From positions 372,001-436,000 of the forward strand of contig UYFQ01000001.1 in NCBI GenBank assembly GCA_900617105.1: 64,000 bases of DNA, given 5' to 3'. This document shows, one piece after another, positions 54,858 through 64,000 of this stretch. Each line of letters opens with the position of its first letter. Within the stretch, counting starts at the first letter, position 1. The notes beneath the pieces were generated by a model. The model saw only the letters and a program-made list of their open reading frames with translations. It was not told the origin of the DNA and ran no database searches. This DNA comes from Hydrurus foetidus. Its lineage: Eukaryota. Position numbers and translations under genes: made by a program.

Positions 54858-56221
54858 ACCCTAACGATACCCCCGCCACTGATGTGACTTTGCCAACGGC
54901 TGCTGCGGTGGTGCCCCGCACCGCGCCTTCAGCGGCGCTGCAACTGTTTGAAGAGGTCGTCTCTGGTGAGTTCGACACTTTGCAAGAAGACGAAACCGGC
55001 GAAGCCGCTGCGCCCACCAAGCGCGTGCTGCTGCCCCAGGCTGACAACCCCAAGCTGCACAAAGTGCTGGCGCAGGCCGGTATGGGCTCACGTCTGGAGA
55101 TGGAGCAATTGATTACCGAAGGCCGCATTTCAGTTAACAACGAACCAGCCCATGTGGGGCAGCGGATTCAGTTCGGCGATCAAGTCAAAGTCAACGGCAA
55201 ACCGATCAAGGTGCGTATCCAAGCGCCACCACCCCGCGTTATTGCATACCACAAGCCCGTGGGCGAAGTCGTCACGAACGACGATCCTCAAAACCGCCCC
55301 ACGGTGTTTCGCCGTTTGCCCAAGCTGTTCCAAGGCAAGTGGCAGTCTGTGGGCCGTTTGGATTTGAATACCGAAGGTTTGCTGCTGTTCACCAGCTCCG
55401 GCGAATTGGCGAACCAGTTGATGCACCCACGTTTTGGCCTAGAGCGTGAATACGCGGTGCGCGTGCTTGGTGCGCTGAACAAAGAAGAGAAGCAAAAATT
55501 GCTGGACGGCGTACAGCTCGAAGATGGCCGTGCGCAGTTTGGCTCCATCGTTGAGGGGGGCGGTGAAGGCTCGAATTGCTGGTACCGGGTGACGATTTCC
55601 GAAGGGCGCAACCGCGAAGTGCGCCGCATGCTGGAGGCTGTGGGCCATGCGGTCAGCCGCCTGATTCGTATTCGCTACGGTGCCATGCTGCTGCCACGCG
55701 GTTTGCGTCGTGGGGCTTGGATGGAGCTGGAAGATGCCGATATTCAAGGTCTGATGCGCGCCGCAGGGCCGGTGCGCTTGCCGGGTGAAATGAGAGAGGA
55801 TGGGATCGATGCGGAAGACCGTTCACCACGCCCTGAAGGCCGCAATGACAGTGGCCGAGGTGGGCGCAATGCCGGTGCTGGTGGACGAGGCGCTGGTGCT
55901 GGGGGGCGTGGTGGTCAAGGTAACAACCGAGGCGCGAACGGTGGTGGTAACGGCGGGAATGGCTCACCTGTGAATGGGCGCGGCGCTGCTCCCACGTCAG
56001 GTCGTGGTCGTCCCCCTAACCCTCAAAAGCAGGGCGGTACCAAGCGTAACGAAGGCAGCGCCCAGCCAGATCCGATGAAAACGGCTTTTGGTTACATCGG
56101 TGCCGACAGTTTTACCCGCCAACGCGAAGCCCAAGGGCCGCGCCGTCCTTCTGGTGGCCCTGGCGGCAACATGGGCGGTGGGCGTGGCAATGGTTCGCGC
56201 ACGGGTGGCCGTGGCCGCTGA
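54854..56221 (+). CDS. rluB: RluB/RsuA family pseudouridine synthase with a Gly/Arg-rich tail
   Basis: [33 protein letters not shown]. Confidence 0.92.
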   Translation: MNPNDTPATDVTLPTAAAVVPRTAPSAALQLFEEVVSGEFDTLQEDETGEAAAPTKRVLLPQADNPKLHKVLAQAGMGSRLEMEQLITEGRISVNNEPAHVGQRIQFGDQVKVNGKPIKVRIQAPPPRVIAYHKPVGEVVTNDDPQNRPTVFRRLPKLFQGKWQSVGRLDLNTEGLLLFTSSGELANQLMHPRFGLEREYAVRVLGALNKEEKQKLLDGVQLEDGRAQFGSIVEGGGEGSNCWYRVTISEGRNREVRRMLEAVGHAVSRLIRIRYGAMLLPRGLRRGAWMELEDADIQGLMRAAGPVRLPGEMREDGIDAEDRSPRPEGRNDSGRGGRNAGAGGRGAGAGGRGGQGNNRGANGGGNGGNGSPVNGRGAAPTSGRGRPPNPQKQGGTKRNEGSAQPDPMKTAFGYIGADSFTRQREAQGPRRPSGGPGGNMGGGRGNGSRTGGRGR

Positions 56222-56382
56222 GTTGGGGGGCGCTGCACTCAATGCCGCAATGCCAGAATCATGCTGCATTGCAAGGTAAAATCAGCGGTTGCCTGTCGTA
56301 CAGAGTCTGGGTTACTTAACCCACCCTTGGCCTGTCTTCAATCATTTATTTCAAACACATTTAACGGAAGTTAATCTCAATC

Positions 56383-56808
56383 ATGGCTATCGAACGCACT
56401 CTCTCCATCATCAAGCCTGACGCTGTTGCTAAAAACGTGATCGGTCAAATCTACGCCCGTTTTGAAGGCGCTGGCCTGAAGATCGTCGCTTCCAAAATGG
56501 CGCACCTGTCGCGTGGCGAAGCTGAAGCTTTCTACGGCGTTCATAAAGCCCGTCCTTTCTTCAACGATCTGGTCACTTTCATGATTTCCGGCCCCGTGAT
56601 GATCCAGGCTCTGGAAGGCGAAAACGCTATCCTTGCGCACCGCGATTTGATGGGCGCTACCGATCCTAAGAAAGCTGCTCCTGGCACCATCCGTGCTGAC
56701 TTTGCTGACAGCATCGACGCTAACGCTGTTCACGGCTCTGACGCTGTTGAAACTGCTCTCGGCGAAATCGCATTTTTCTTCCCTGGCATGAGCGTTTTCT
56801 CCCGCTAA
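56383..56808 (+). CDS. ndk: Nucleoside diphosphate kinase
   Basis: [21 protein letters not shown]. Confidence 0.98.
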   Translation: MAIERTLSIIKPDAVAKNVIGQIYARFEGAGLKIVASKMAHLSRGEAEAFYGVHKARPFFNDLVTFMISGPVMIQALEGENAILAHRDLMGATDPKKAAPGTIRADFADSIDANAVHGSDAVETALGEIAFFFPGMSVFSR

Positions 56809-56830
56809 GCGCGGAGACGCGACACACGCC

Positions 56831-57985
56831 ATGACGGCCAACCTGCTCAACTTTGATCTGGACGGATTGGCCGCATTTTGTGAGCGGCTGGGGGAAAAGC
56901 GTTTTCGCGCCACCCAGCTGTTCCGGTGGATTCACCAGCGCGGTGCCCACCAGTTTGATCAGATGAGCGATTTGGCCAAGTCATTGCGCGAAAAACTCGC
57001 AACCGTGGCTGAAGTTAAAGGCTTATCGGTGATATCGCAGCACGAGTCGGCAGACGGCACCATCAAATGGTTGTTTGACGTGGGTGCGGGCGATGCCGTA
57101 GAGGCTGTATTCATTCCTGAACATGACCGTGGCACGCTGTGCGTGTCATCACAAGCGGGTTGTGCGGTGGGTTGCCGTTTTTGCTCCACAGGGCATCAAG
57201 GCTTCAGCCGCAATTTAACCACTGGCGAAATCACGGCGCAGCTGTGGTTTGCCGAACATTTCTTACGCCAGCATTTGGGGCGCGATGAGCGCATCATCTC
57301 CAATGTCGTGATGATGGGCATGGGCGAGCCGCTGCAAAACTATGCGGCACTGGTGCCCGCGCTAAAAACCATGCTGAGCGACCACGGTTACGGACTGTCG
57401 CGCCGCCGTGTCACCGTGTCCACCTCTGGCGTGGTGCCCATGATGGACAGGCTGGGTTTGGATTGCCCGGTCGCTTTGGCTGTATCTCTCCACGCCCCGA
57501 ACGATGCTCTGCGTGACAGCTTGGTGCCCCTGAACCGCAAATACCCCTTGGCGGAACTGATGGATGCCTGCGTGCGCTACCTGGATCACGCACCACGCGA
57601 CTTCATCACTTTTGAATATTGCATGCTGGATGGCGTGAACGACCAACCTGAGCACGCGCAAGCCTTGATCCATTGGGTTAAGTCGCATGTGGGGAGCACA
57701 GGTGTGAAGGGCGTTTCTTGCAAATTCAATTTGATTCCGTTCAACCCCTTTCCTGAGTCGGGCTTGGTTCGCTCCAACGCCGCTCAAGTCACGCTGTTTG
57801 CCAAAATCTTGTCCGATGCTGGCCTTGTTACCACCGTGCGAAAAACACGAGGTGACGATATTGACGCTGCTTGCGGCCAGTTGGCCGGTGAAGTCAAAGA
57901 CCGCACCAAAGTCACCCAGCGTATTCAATTTCAGCGCAATGCCGCACTAGGTGCTGCGGCACCTGCACCTGGAGTTACCGCATGA
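56831..57985 (+). CDS. rlmN: 23S rRNA/tRNA adenine C2-methyltransferase
   Basis: CxxxCxxC (CAVGCRFC), [16 protein letters not shown]. Confidence 0.97.
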   Translation: MTANLLNFDLDGLAAFCERLGEKRFRATQLFRWIHQRGAHQFDQMSDLAKSLREKLATVAEVKGLSVISQHESADGTIKWLFDVGAGDAVEAVFIPEHDRGTLCVSSQAGCAVGCRFCSTGHQGFSRNLTTGEITAQLWFAEHFLRQHLGRDERIISNVVMMGMGEPLQNYAALVPALKTMLSDHGYGLSRRRVTVSTSGVVPMMDRLGLDCPVALAVSLHAPNDALRDSLVPLNRKYPLAELMDACVRYLDHAPRDFITFEYCMLDGVNDQPEHAQALIHWVKSHVGSTGVKGVSCKFNLIPFNPFPESGLVRSNAAQVTLFAKILSDAGLVTTVRKTRGDDIDAACGQLAGEVKDRTKVTQRIQFQRNAALGAAAPAPGVTA

Positions 57986-58815
57986 TGCTCGCTGCTCGTC
58001 GTCTGTACTGTTTGCGGCTTTGCTTCGCCTTGTTGCTGGGTTCCCTGGTGCTGGTGCAATTGGGAGCGTGTTCCAACACGCCTCGTGTAGCGCAGCCCCC
58101 ATCGCCCACAGATGATTTAGCGACCGATTCCGATGAAACGCCGCTGCGCAAACGTGCCCGGCTGCGCTTGGAATTGGCCGTCAGCTATTTTGACCAAGGC
58201 CAGACCAAAGTCGCCTTGGATGAAGTCAAGCAAGCGTTGACTTTAGACCCCAGCTATGCCGAAGCGCACAACCTGCGGGGTTTGATTTACCTGCGCCTCA
58301 ATGACTACCGCTTGGCCGAAGACAGTTTCAAGCAATCCTTGGTGCTCAGCCCTCGCAACGGCAATGTGCTGCACAACTATGGTTGGTTGATGTGCCAACA
58401 AGTGCGCTACAGCGAAGCCAGTACAGCGTTTGCCCAAGCCTTGGCGAGCCCGTCTTACAAAGACCGTGCCAAAACCTTCATGGCCCAAGGCTTGTGCGAA
58501 GAGCGGGATGGCAAGATGGTGGAGGCCGAGCGTAGCCTGTCGCGCTCCTACGAGCTTGACCCTGCGAACCCCATCACCGGCTTCAATTTAGCCAACCTGT
58601 TGCAAAAGCGCGGTGATTTAGTTCGCGCACAGTTTTACATTCGCCGTCTCAATAACGGCGAATTTGCCAATGCAGAATCGCTTTGGTTGGGCATCAAAAT
58701 CGAGCGTAAGCTGGACAATCGGGATGCCATGCGGCAACTGGCTGGTCAACTGACCAAGCGTTTTGCACAATCCAAAGAGATGCAGTTGTACGAAAAAGGA
58801 TCTTTTGATGACTGA
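57982..58815 (+). CDS. pilW: Type IV pilus biogenesis/stability lipoprotein PilW (PilF)
   Basis: Lipobox LGAC, TPR repeats, HNYGWLMC; ndk-rlmN-pilW-rodZ-ispG order. Confidence 0.88.
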   Translation: MMLAARRLYCLRLCFALLLGSLVLVQLGACSNTPRVAQPPSPTDDLATDSDETPLRKRARLRLELAVSYFDQGQTKVALDEVKQALTLDPSYAEAHNLRGLIYLRLNDYRLAEDSFKQSLVLSPRNGNVLHNYGWLMCQQVRYSEASTAFAQALASPSYKDRAKTFMAQGLCEERDGKMVEAERSLSRSYELDPANPITGFNLANLLQKRGDLVRAQFYIRRLNNGEFANAESLWLGIKIERKLDNRDAMRQLAGQLTKRFAQSKEMQLYEKGSFDD

Positions 58816-59791
58816 GACGGTCGAATCAGCACGCCACACCTCAGGTGTGCCGCTGAGCAGTGGGACAGGTTCTGCCACGGCAGGTTCATTACTGAAAAAA
58901 GCCCGTGAAGCAGCGGGCCTGCACATAGGCGCTTTGGCGGTATCACTCAAAGTGCCTGTCAGCAAGCTTGAGGCGCTGGAGTCCGGAAACTTGGAGCAGT
59001 TGTCCGGGGCTGTCTTCGTGCGTGCCTTGGCGTCCAGTGTGTGCCGGGCTTTGAAAATCGACTCTACAGAGATTCTGAACCACTTGCCCCAGGCGATCAC
59101 CGCTAAGCTGCATCAAAAAGGCGAGTTGAATGAGCCGTTTCGAGGCGATGGCCGTGGCATGAGCTTTTCATCGTCAGAACGGTTGCTGAAACCTTCTATC
59201 TTGGCTGTGGTAGCGCTGTTATTGGGTGCCGGTGTGCTTATGCTGTGGCCCAATTTAGGCCCCATCATGCCCTCAATGAGCTCTTCTGACGCGTCCAATG
59301 CTTCCAGTACCTCCAAAGACGCCGTGGTTGAGCCACCTCCTGTGATGGTGTTGAATGGCCCCGATGTGTTTCCTCCCTCTGAGTCTGCGCCAGCTTCGGC
59401 ATCCACAGTGGTTACAGAAGCGGTTGTGCCTGCGGTGGTTAAGCCTACCGTTACTTCGGCCTCCGTATTGCCCGCTCAGTCTGTTGCGACACCGCTAGCT
59501 GCCTCGCCCAGTCCTGCACCTGCGGGTTCCAGCATGGTTACTGTCAGTGGAACAGGCGATTTGGTGGTTTTCAAAGCCACTGCCACCTCGTGGGTTGAGG
59601 TGACCGATGCCAAAGGCGTTGTGGTGTTGCGCAAGACCTTGAATGCGGGTGAGGTCGCGCAAGTCGGCGGTATTGCCCCGTTGCGGGCCATTGTGGGCCG
59701 TGCGGATGTCACGGAAGTCACGGTGCGTGGCAAACGCATTGACATGAAAACCGTCTCGAAAGATAACGTAGCCCGTTTTGAGGTGAAGTGA
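58808..59791 (+). CDS. rodZ: RodZ-like HTH/TM/DUF4115 protein
   Basis: N-terminal HTH (GSLLKKARE...LEALE), TM helix, SWVEVTDA. Confidence 0.82.
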   Translation: MTETVESARHTSGVPLSSGTGSATAGSLLKKAREAAGLHIGALAVSLKVPVSKLEALESGNLEQLSGAVFVRALASSVCRALKIDSTEILNHLPQAITAKLHQKGELNEPFRGDGRGMSFSSSERLLKPSILAVVALLLGAGVLMLWPNLGPIMPSMSSSDASNASSTSKDAVVEPPPVMVLNGPDVFPPSESAPASASTVVTEAVVPAVVKPTVTSASVLPAQSVATPLAASPSPAPAGSSMVTVSGTGDLVVFKATATSWVEVTDAKGVVVLRKTLNAGEVAQVGGIAPLRAIVGRADVTEVTVRGKRIDMKTVSKDNVARFEVK

Positions 59792-61083
59792 TGGAAAACT
59801 ACCTGCCCCAGTCTCTCGCGCTACCGATTGAATCGGCACAACCGAAAGTACGCCGCTCTTTACAGGCCCGCGTGGTATGGGGATCGAGGGTGGTGACGCT
59901 GGGCGGCGATGCGCCCGTGCGCATCCAGTCGATGACCAACACCGACACCGTGGACGCCATTGGTACGGCCATTCAGGTCAAAGAGCTGGCCATTGCAGGT
60001 TCTGAGATGGTGCGCATCACCGTCAATACCCCCGAGGCAGCCGCTGCCGTGCCCTATGTGCGCGAACAGCTTGACCGCATGGGCATTGACGTGCCCTTGG
60101 TTGGCGATTTTCATTACAACGGTCACCGTTTGTTGACCGATTACCCAGCCTGCGCTGAGGCGTTGTCCAAATACCGTATCAACCCTGGCAATGTCGGCAA
60201 GGGCGATAAGCATGACCGTCAGTTCGGTCAAATGATTGAAGCCGCGCTGCGTTTTAACAAGCCCGTGCGCATCGGTGTGAATTGGGGGAGCCTCGACCAA
60301 GAGCTGCTTGCTACGTTGATGGACGAAAACAGCCACCGCGCTGTGCCGTTTGAAGCCCGTCAAGTTATGTACGAAGCGCTCATCAGCTCAGCGATGGGTT
60401 CGGCGGCGCTGGCGCAGTCTATGGGCATGGCGAAGCAGCAGATTATCTTGTCTTGCAAAGTTAGCGGCGTGCAAGATTTAATCGCTGTCTACCGTGAACT
60501 GTCCAAGCGTTGCGATTACCCGTTGCACTTGGGGCTGACCGAGGCGGGTATGGGCACCAAAGGCACGGTAGCGTCGGCTACAGCTTTGTCCATTCTGCTG
60601 CAAGAGGGTATCGGCGATACCATCCGTGTCTCCCTCACCCCGCAGCCCGGCGAAGCGCGCACGCAAGAAGTCGTCGTTGCAGCGGAAATTCTGCAAGCGC
60701 TGGGGATGCGCAGCTTTGTGCCCAGCGTCACCGCTTGCCCCGGCTGCGGACGTACCACCAGCATGACCTTCCAGGTGCTGGCTAAAGAGATTGATGATTT
60801 TCTTCGTGCGCAAATGCCTGTGTGGCGCAAGCAATTCCCCGGCGTTGAAACGCTCAGGGTGGCTGTGATGGGCTGCATTGTCAATGGCCCCGGTGAAAGC
60901 AAACACGCTGACATCGGCATCAGCCTGCCGGGCACAGGTGAGTCTCCTGCTGCCCCTGTCTTCATCGACGGCGAAAAAGCCGTGACCTTGCGCGGTGACA
61001 ACATTGCGCAAGAGTTCCACCAGATTGTTGAAAACTATATTGAGAAACGGTTTGGCAGTCCCGTATTTGCCGAGGCGAACTGA
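59788..61083 (+). CDS. ispG: (E)-4-hydroxy-3-methylbut-2-enyl-diphosphate synthase
   Basis: [39 protein letters not shown]. Confidence 0.98.
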   Translation: MMENYLPQSLALPIESAQPKVRRSLQARVVWGSRVVTLGGDAPVRIQSMTNTDTVDAIGTAIQVKELAIAGSEMVRITVNTPEAAAAVPYVREQLDRMGIDVPLVGDFHYNGHRLLTDYPACAEALSKYRINPGNVGKGDKHDRQFGQMIEAALRFNKPVRIGVNWGSLDQELLATLMDENSHRAVPFEARQVMYEALISSAMGSAALAQSMGMAKQQIILSCKVSGVQDLIAVYRELSKRCDYPLHLGLTEAGMGTKGTVASATALSILLQEGIGDTIRVSLTPQPGEARTQEVVVAAEILQALGMRSFVPSVTACPGCGRTTSMTFQVLAKEIDDFLRAQMPVWRKQFPGVETLRVAVMGCIVNGPGESKHADIGISLPGTGESPAAPVFIDGEKAVTLRGDNIAQEFHQIVENYIEKRFGSPVFAEAN

Positions 61084-61131
61084 TACAGGGCCAGGGTTCT
61101 CGCCGCAAAACCCTGGTCAACGTCTCATTAT

Positions 61132-62061
61132 TTAAGAATCCCAATCCCCGCCACCGTCACTGCTGGCTACGGAGCTGCTACCGTCATCCCATGAGTCAGC
61201 GTCGTTGATGCCGAAGTTTTGGCCACCCATGTCGCTGTTGCTGTTGTTCGCAACGGGTTGGTAGTTGTTATTGCTGTTGCCGTTGTCAGCTGAATGGGAC
61301 GAATGCTCGTCATTGCCAGAGAAGCTCCGGCCAATAGCTTGTGCAGCCATCACGCCTGCGCCCACAGCCAGACCGGTGGCCAAGCCGCCCATCACTTTGC
61401 CGCCTAAGCCACTGCCTGCGGGTTGGCCATAGCCGGGCTGTCCGTAGCCTGGGCCCATTGCAGCGCCGTTATTGGCCATGCCAAAGCCTTGCGGGCCGCT
61501 CAGGCCGCTACCGGTCATGGCGCTTGGGTTGTTGGCGTATGACGGCTGCTGCATGGCTTCAGGCGGTTGCTTTTTACGCATCAAAAAAATCGCCAATGCA
61601 ATCGCACCGCCACCCAATGCCAAGCCCAAACCCAATGGAAAGGACGATGCAGGGGCTGAGGGGGCCGCCATATTGGCGTTGCTAACTGCGCGGTTGCCAG
61701 ATATGGGTGTGCTGCTGTTGCCTGCAAGTTGGGTGCGCAGGTGCTGTACCGCATCGACTTTGGCAAATGGTAAACCTGGGGCTATTTTTTCTGCGGTTGC
61801 TAGCGATTCACGTGCACGGCTCATGTCGCCTTGGCGTGCGGCCAGTTCGGCCTGTGCAAAGTGCGCTTTGGCGCTGTTGGGATGGGCTACCAGCACCTGT
61901 TGCATCATGGTTTGGGCTTGATCCATTTTTCCGGATTGGGCTGCCTCGAAGATTTGGTTCAGCGTGGGTTCAGACTGGGCCATGGCGGCGAAGCTACAGC
62001 CCACAATGGCCGCAACGGCAAGCCATTTGCGGGTGCGTTGCTTGAAGGATTGGGTTGTCAT
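61132..62061 (-). CDS. Exported TPR-domain protein with TM helix and Gly-rich/acidic tail
   Basis: Signal peptide, TPR-like HPNSAKAHF.., TM segment, low-complexity C-terminus ending DGGGDWDS. Confidence 0.75.
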   Translation of the reverse strand: MTTQSFKQRTRKWLAVAAIVGCSFAAMAQSEPTLNQIFEAAQSGKMDQAQTMMQQVLVAHPNSAKAHFAQAELAARQGDMSRARESLATAEKIAPGLPFAKVDAVQHLRTQLAGNSSTPISGNRAVSNANMAAPSAPASSFPLGLGLALGGGAIALAIFLMRKKQPPEAMQQPSYANNPSAMTGSGLSGPQGFGMANNGAAMGPGYGQPGYGQPAGSGLGGKVMGGLATGLAVGAGVMAAQAIGRSFSGNDEHSSHSADNGNSNNNYQPVANNSNSDMGGQNFGINDADSWDDGSSSVASSDGGGDWDS

Positions 62062-62154
62062 GGTGAGTGCCCTTGGAAAAAAGGTAAGGAAAGAAGACGA
62101 ACTTACAGCGCAGAAGATGGCGTTGCCCGCCAAAAATGCAAGAGACAGGCTTGT

Positions 62155-62544
62155 TTAAAGATCGGCCTTCAATCCCACAATCAGCTGGGTGTAGGCCTGT
62201 CCCAAGTCGTACATGCCGATGGGCGAGGGGTGGGTGGCTTCTAAGATGGTGTTGTATTTGGGGCAGTTTCGACGGGGGCGGTTCACGTCTTCTTCATCCG
62301 TGGTTTTATCTACCCGCATCAGTCCTTTGCGCACGCACTGCATCAGCACCTGCACGGCCTCTTTGCTGTCGGGGTGGGCAGCGATGGTTTCGTTCATCAG
62401 CTTGATGCCACGTTCGCTGATGGCCATATCGCGGTTGGCGTTGCGCGCTTCAAACAGCGCGACAGAACCGGCGATAACGGCGCAGGTCAGTAGAAACCAA
62501 AAAAGACGCAGGTAGTTGTCGCGGCGAATTGACGGTTTTTTCAT
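62155..62544 (-). CDS. Hypothetical membrane-anchored protein
   Basis: 129 aa, basic N-terminus plus a hydrophobic helix; plausible codon usage. Confidence 0.6.
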   Translation of the reverse strand: MKKPSIRRDNYLRLFWFLLTCAVIAGSVALFEARNANRDMAISERGIKLMNETIAAHPDSKEAVQVLMQCVRKGLMRVDKTTDEEDVNRPRRNCPKYNTILEATHPSPIGMYDLGQAYTQLIVGLKADL

Positions 62545-62654
62545 GGGGTTTCAGTTTGGGTTGTGCAAGCAGCGTCTGTATTTTGACAGCGTAGCACAGG
62601 CTACGGTGCTGGTGTGGTCGCTCTAGGTGGTGCGCAGCCTGAGACAATCGGAGG

Positions 62655-64000
62655 ATGAGCAAATCCACCGAAAATTCCACAGAAATTCCCCTAGCGGAAT
62701 ATCCTCCTTGCGTATCTGCACTTTATCCCGAGGGCAGTCTGCTGATTGAGTCACTCGATCTCGAAGCCCAAGGTGTCGCACACCGTGCCGATGGCAAAGT
62801 CGTGTTTGTTGAGGGGGCGCTGCCCTTTGAGCAAGTCAGCGCTAACATCCACCGCAAAAAGAACAACTGGGAAATGGCCAGTTTGCTGGCCATCCACCGT
62901 GAATCCTCCCAGCGTGTGACACCCCAGTGCCCGCATTTTGGTCTGCACACTGGCGCTTGCGGTGGCTGCAAGATGCAGCATTTGCACCCCGCAGCGCAGG
63001 TCGCCGTGAAGCAGCGTGCGCTGGAAGACGCGCTGTGGCACCTGGGCAAAATCAAAGCGGAAACCATTCTTCGCCCGATTGAAGGCCCGGCGTGGGGCTA
63101 CCGTTACCGGGGCCGTCTGTCGGTGCGTTTTGTGCGCAAGAAAAACGAGGTGCTGGTTGGTTTTCACGAACGCAAGAGCCGCTACGTGACCGACATGCGC
63201 GAATGCCATGTGCTGCCCCCCAACGTCAGCGCCTTGCTGGTGCCGCTGCGGGGTTTGATTTTTGCGATGGACGCGCGCGAAACCTTGCCGCAAATCGAGC
63301 TGGCTTGCGGCGATGAGGTGATCGCCTTGGTGCTGCGTCACTTGGAGCCGCTGAGTGCGGGTGATTTGGTGCATCTGCGGGCTTTTGCACAGACCCATTC
63401 TGGTGTGATTGCCGGTAAGCGCCAAGTGCTGCAATGGTGGCTGCAACCCAAAGGGCCAGAGACGGTGCATCTTTTGACGGATGAAGATGGCTCTACCGCC
63501 ACCGCTGATGCCGATGAGCTGGCCTATTCGCTGCCCGAGTTCGGTGTCAATATGCCGTTCAAACCCACCGATTTCACACAGGTGAATCCGTACATCAACC
63601 GCGTGCTGGTCTCCAAAGCGCTCAAACTGCTGGCCGTGCAACGCCATGAGCGGGTGATCGATTGGTTCTGCGGTTTGGGCAATTTCACCCTGCCGCTGGC
63701 GACGCAGGCACGCGAGGTGCTGGGCATTGAGGGCAGTGCAGTGTTGGTGGCACGGTCTAAGCAGAATTTTGAGATTAATCGCTTGAGTGCGCAGAGTGGA
63801 TATGCACTGGCAGCTACTGATTTTGTAGCGCGTAACCTCTTTGACATGACACCACAGGGACTGGTGCAAGACGGATACGCCGACAAATGGTTGGTAGACC
63901 CGCCGCGTGAAGGGGCTTATGCCTTGGTGCAAGCCTTGGCGGCGCTGCACCAAGACCCTGCACTGGTCAGTGCGGTAGAGCTGCCTGTGGGCCAAGTGGC
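62655..64000 (+). CDS. rlmD: 23S rRNA (uracil-1939-C5) methyltransferase, runs off the window end
   Basis: Hand translation: [28 protein letters not shown]...[29 protein letters not shown]. Confidence 0.94.
   Translation, partial: MSKSTENSTEIPLAEYPPCVSALYPEGSLLIESLDLEAQGVAHRADGKVVFVEGALPFEQVSANIHRKKNNWEMASLLAIHRESSQRVTPQCPHFGLHTGACGGCKMQHLHPAAQVAVKQRALEDALWHLGKIKAETILRPIEGPAWGYRYRGRLSVRFVRKKNEVLVGFHERKSRYVTDMRECHVLPPNVSALLVPLRGLIFAMDARETLPQIELACGDEVIALVLRHLEPLSAGDLVHLRAFAQTHSGVIAGKRQVLQWWLQPKGPETVHLLTDEDGSTATADADELAYSLPEFGVNMPFKPTDFTQVNPYINRVLVSKALKLLAVQRHERVIDWFCGLGNFTLPLATQAREVLGIEGSAVLVARSKQNFEINRLSAQSGYALAATDFVARNLFDMTPQGLVQDGYADKWLVDPPREGAYALVQALAALHQDPALVSAVELPVGQV
63766..63830. repeat. 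Dispersed bipartite element copy (in rlmD)
   Basis: Reverse complement: CGCT-ACAAAATCAGT-AGC-TGCCAG-TGC-ATATCCACTCT-GCG ... CGATTAATCTCAAAA. Confidence 0.78.

Noticed and set aside
62577..62590. CTGT-N6-ACAG as a LexA box
   Set aside because: Spacer should be 8 nt
62664..62689. Short tandem repeat TCCACCGAAAAT/TCCACAGAAATT at the rlmD start
   Set aside because: Two imperfect units in a variable N-terminus; no evidence of function

Overview
Core-genome window from a Comamonadaceae-like betaproteobacterium, judged from rRNA and gene content. It holds a complete rrn operon (16S, tRNA-Ile, tRNA-Ala, 23S, 5S), then dapC/dapD/pilU/dapE/prmB, an orphan alkB, smc-zipA-ligA, efp/earP, uvrC-pgsA, hupB-tRNA-Val-ppiD-tRNA-His, surE-pcm-nlpD, sucA-sucB-lpdA-zapE with a sucA RNA motif, dinG, bamD/rluD, scpB-rluB, ndk-rlmN-pilW-rodZ-ispG and a partial rlmD. 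Two toxin-antitoxin pairs (MNT-HEPN and BrnT/BrnA) are wedged into housekeeping operons. I saw no CRISPR, transposase or prophage. The most unusual signal is a dispersed, degenerate element of about 45-65 bp with the layout GCT-N11(AT-rich)-AGC, N6, CGC-N11-GCG, AT-rich tail. It occurs about 12 times in both orientations, mostly inside intact coding sequences (prmB, ligA x3, earP, sucB, rlmD, ABC-F, alkB, ppiD) in different frames and strands, and also intergenically. Also seen: a recurrent leaderless-mRNA promoter signature and probable consensus errors in the rrn operon. All calls were made by eye with no database searches.
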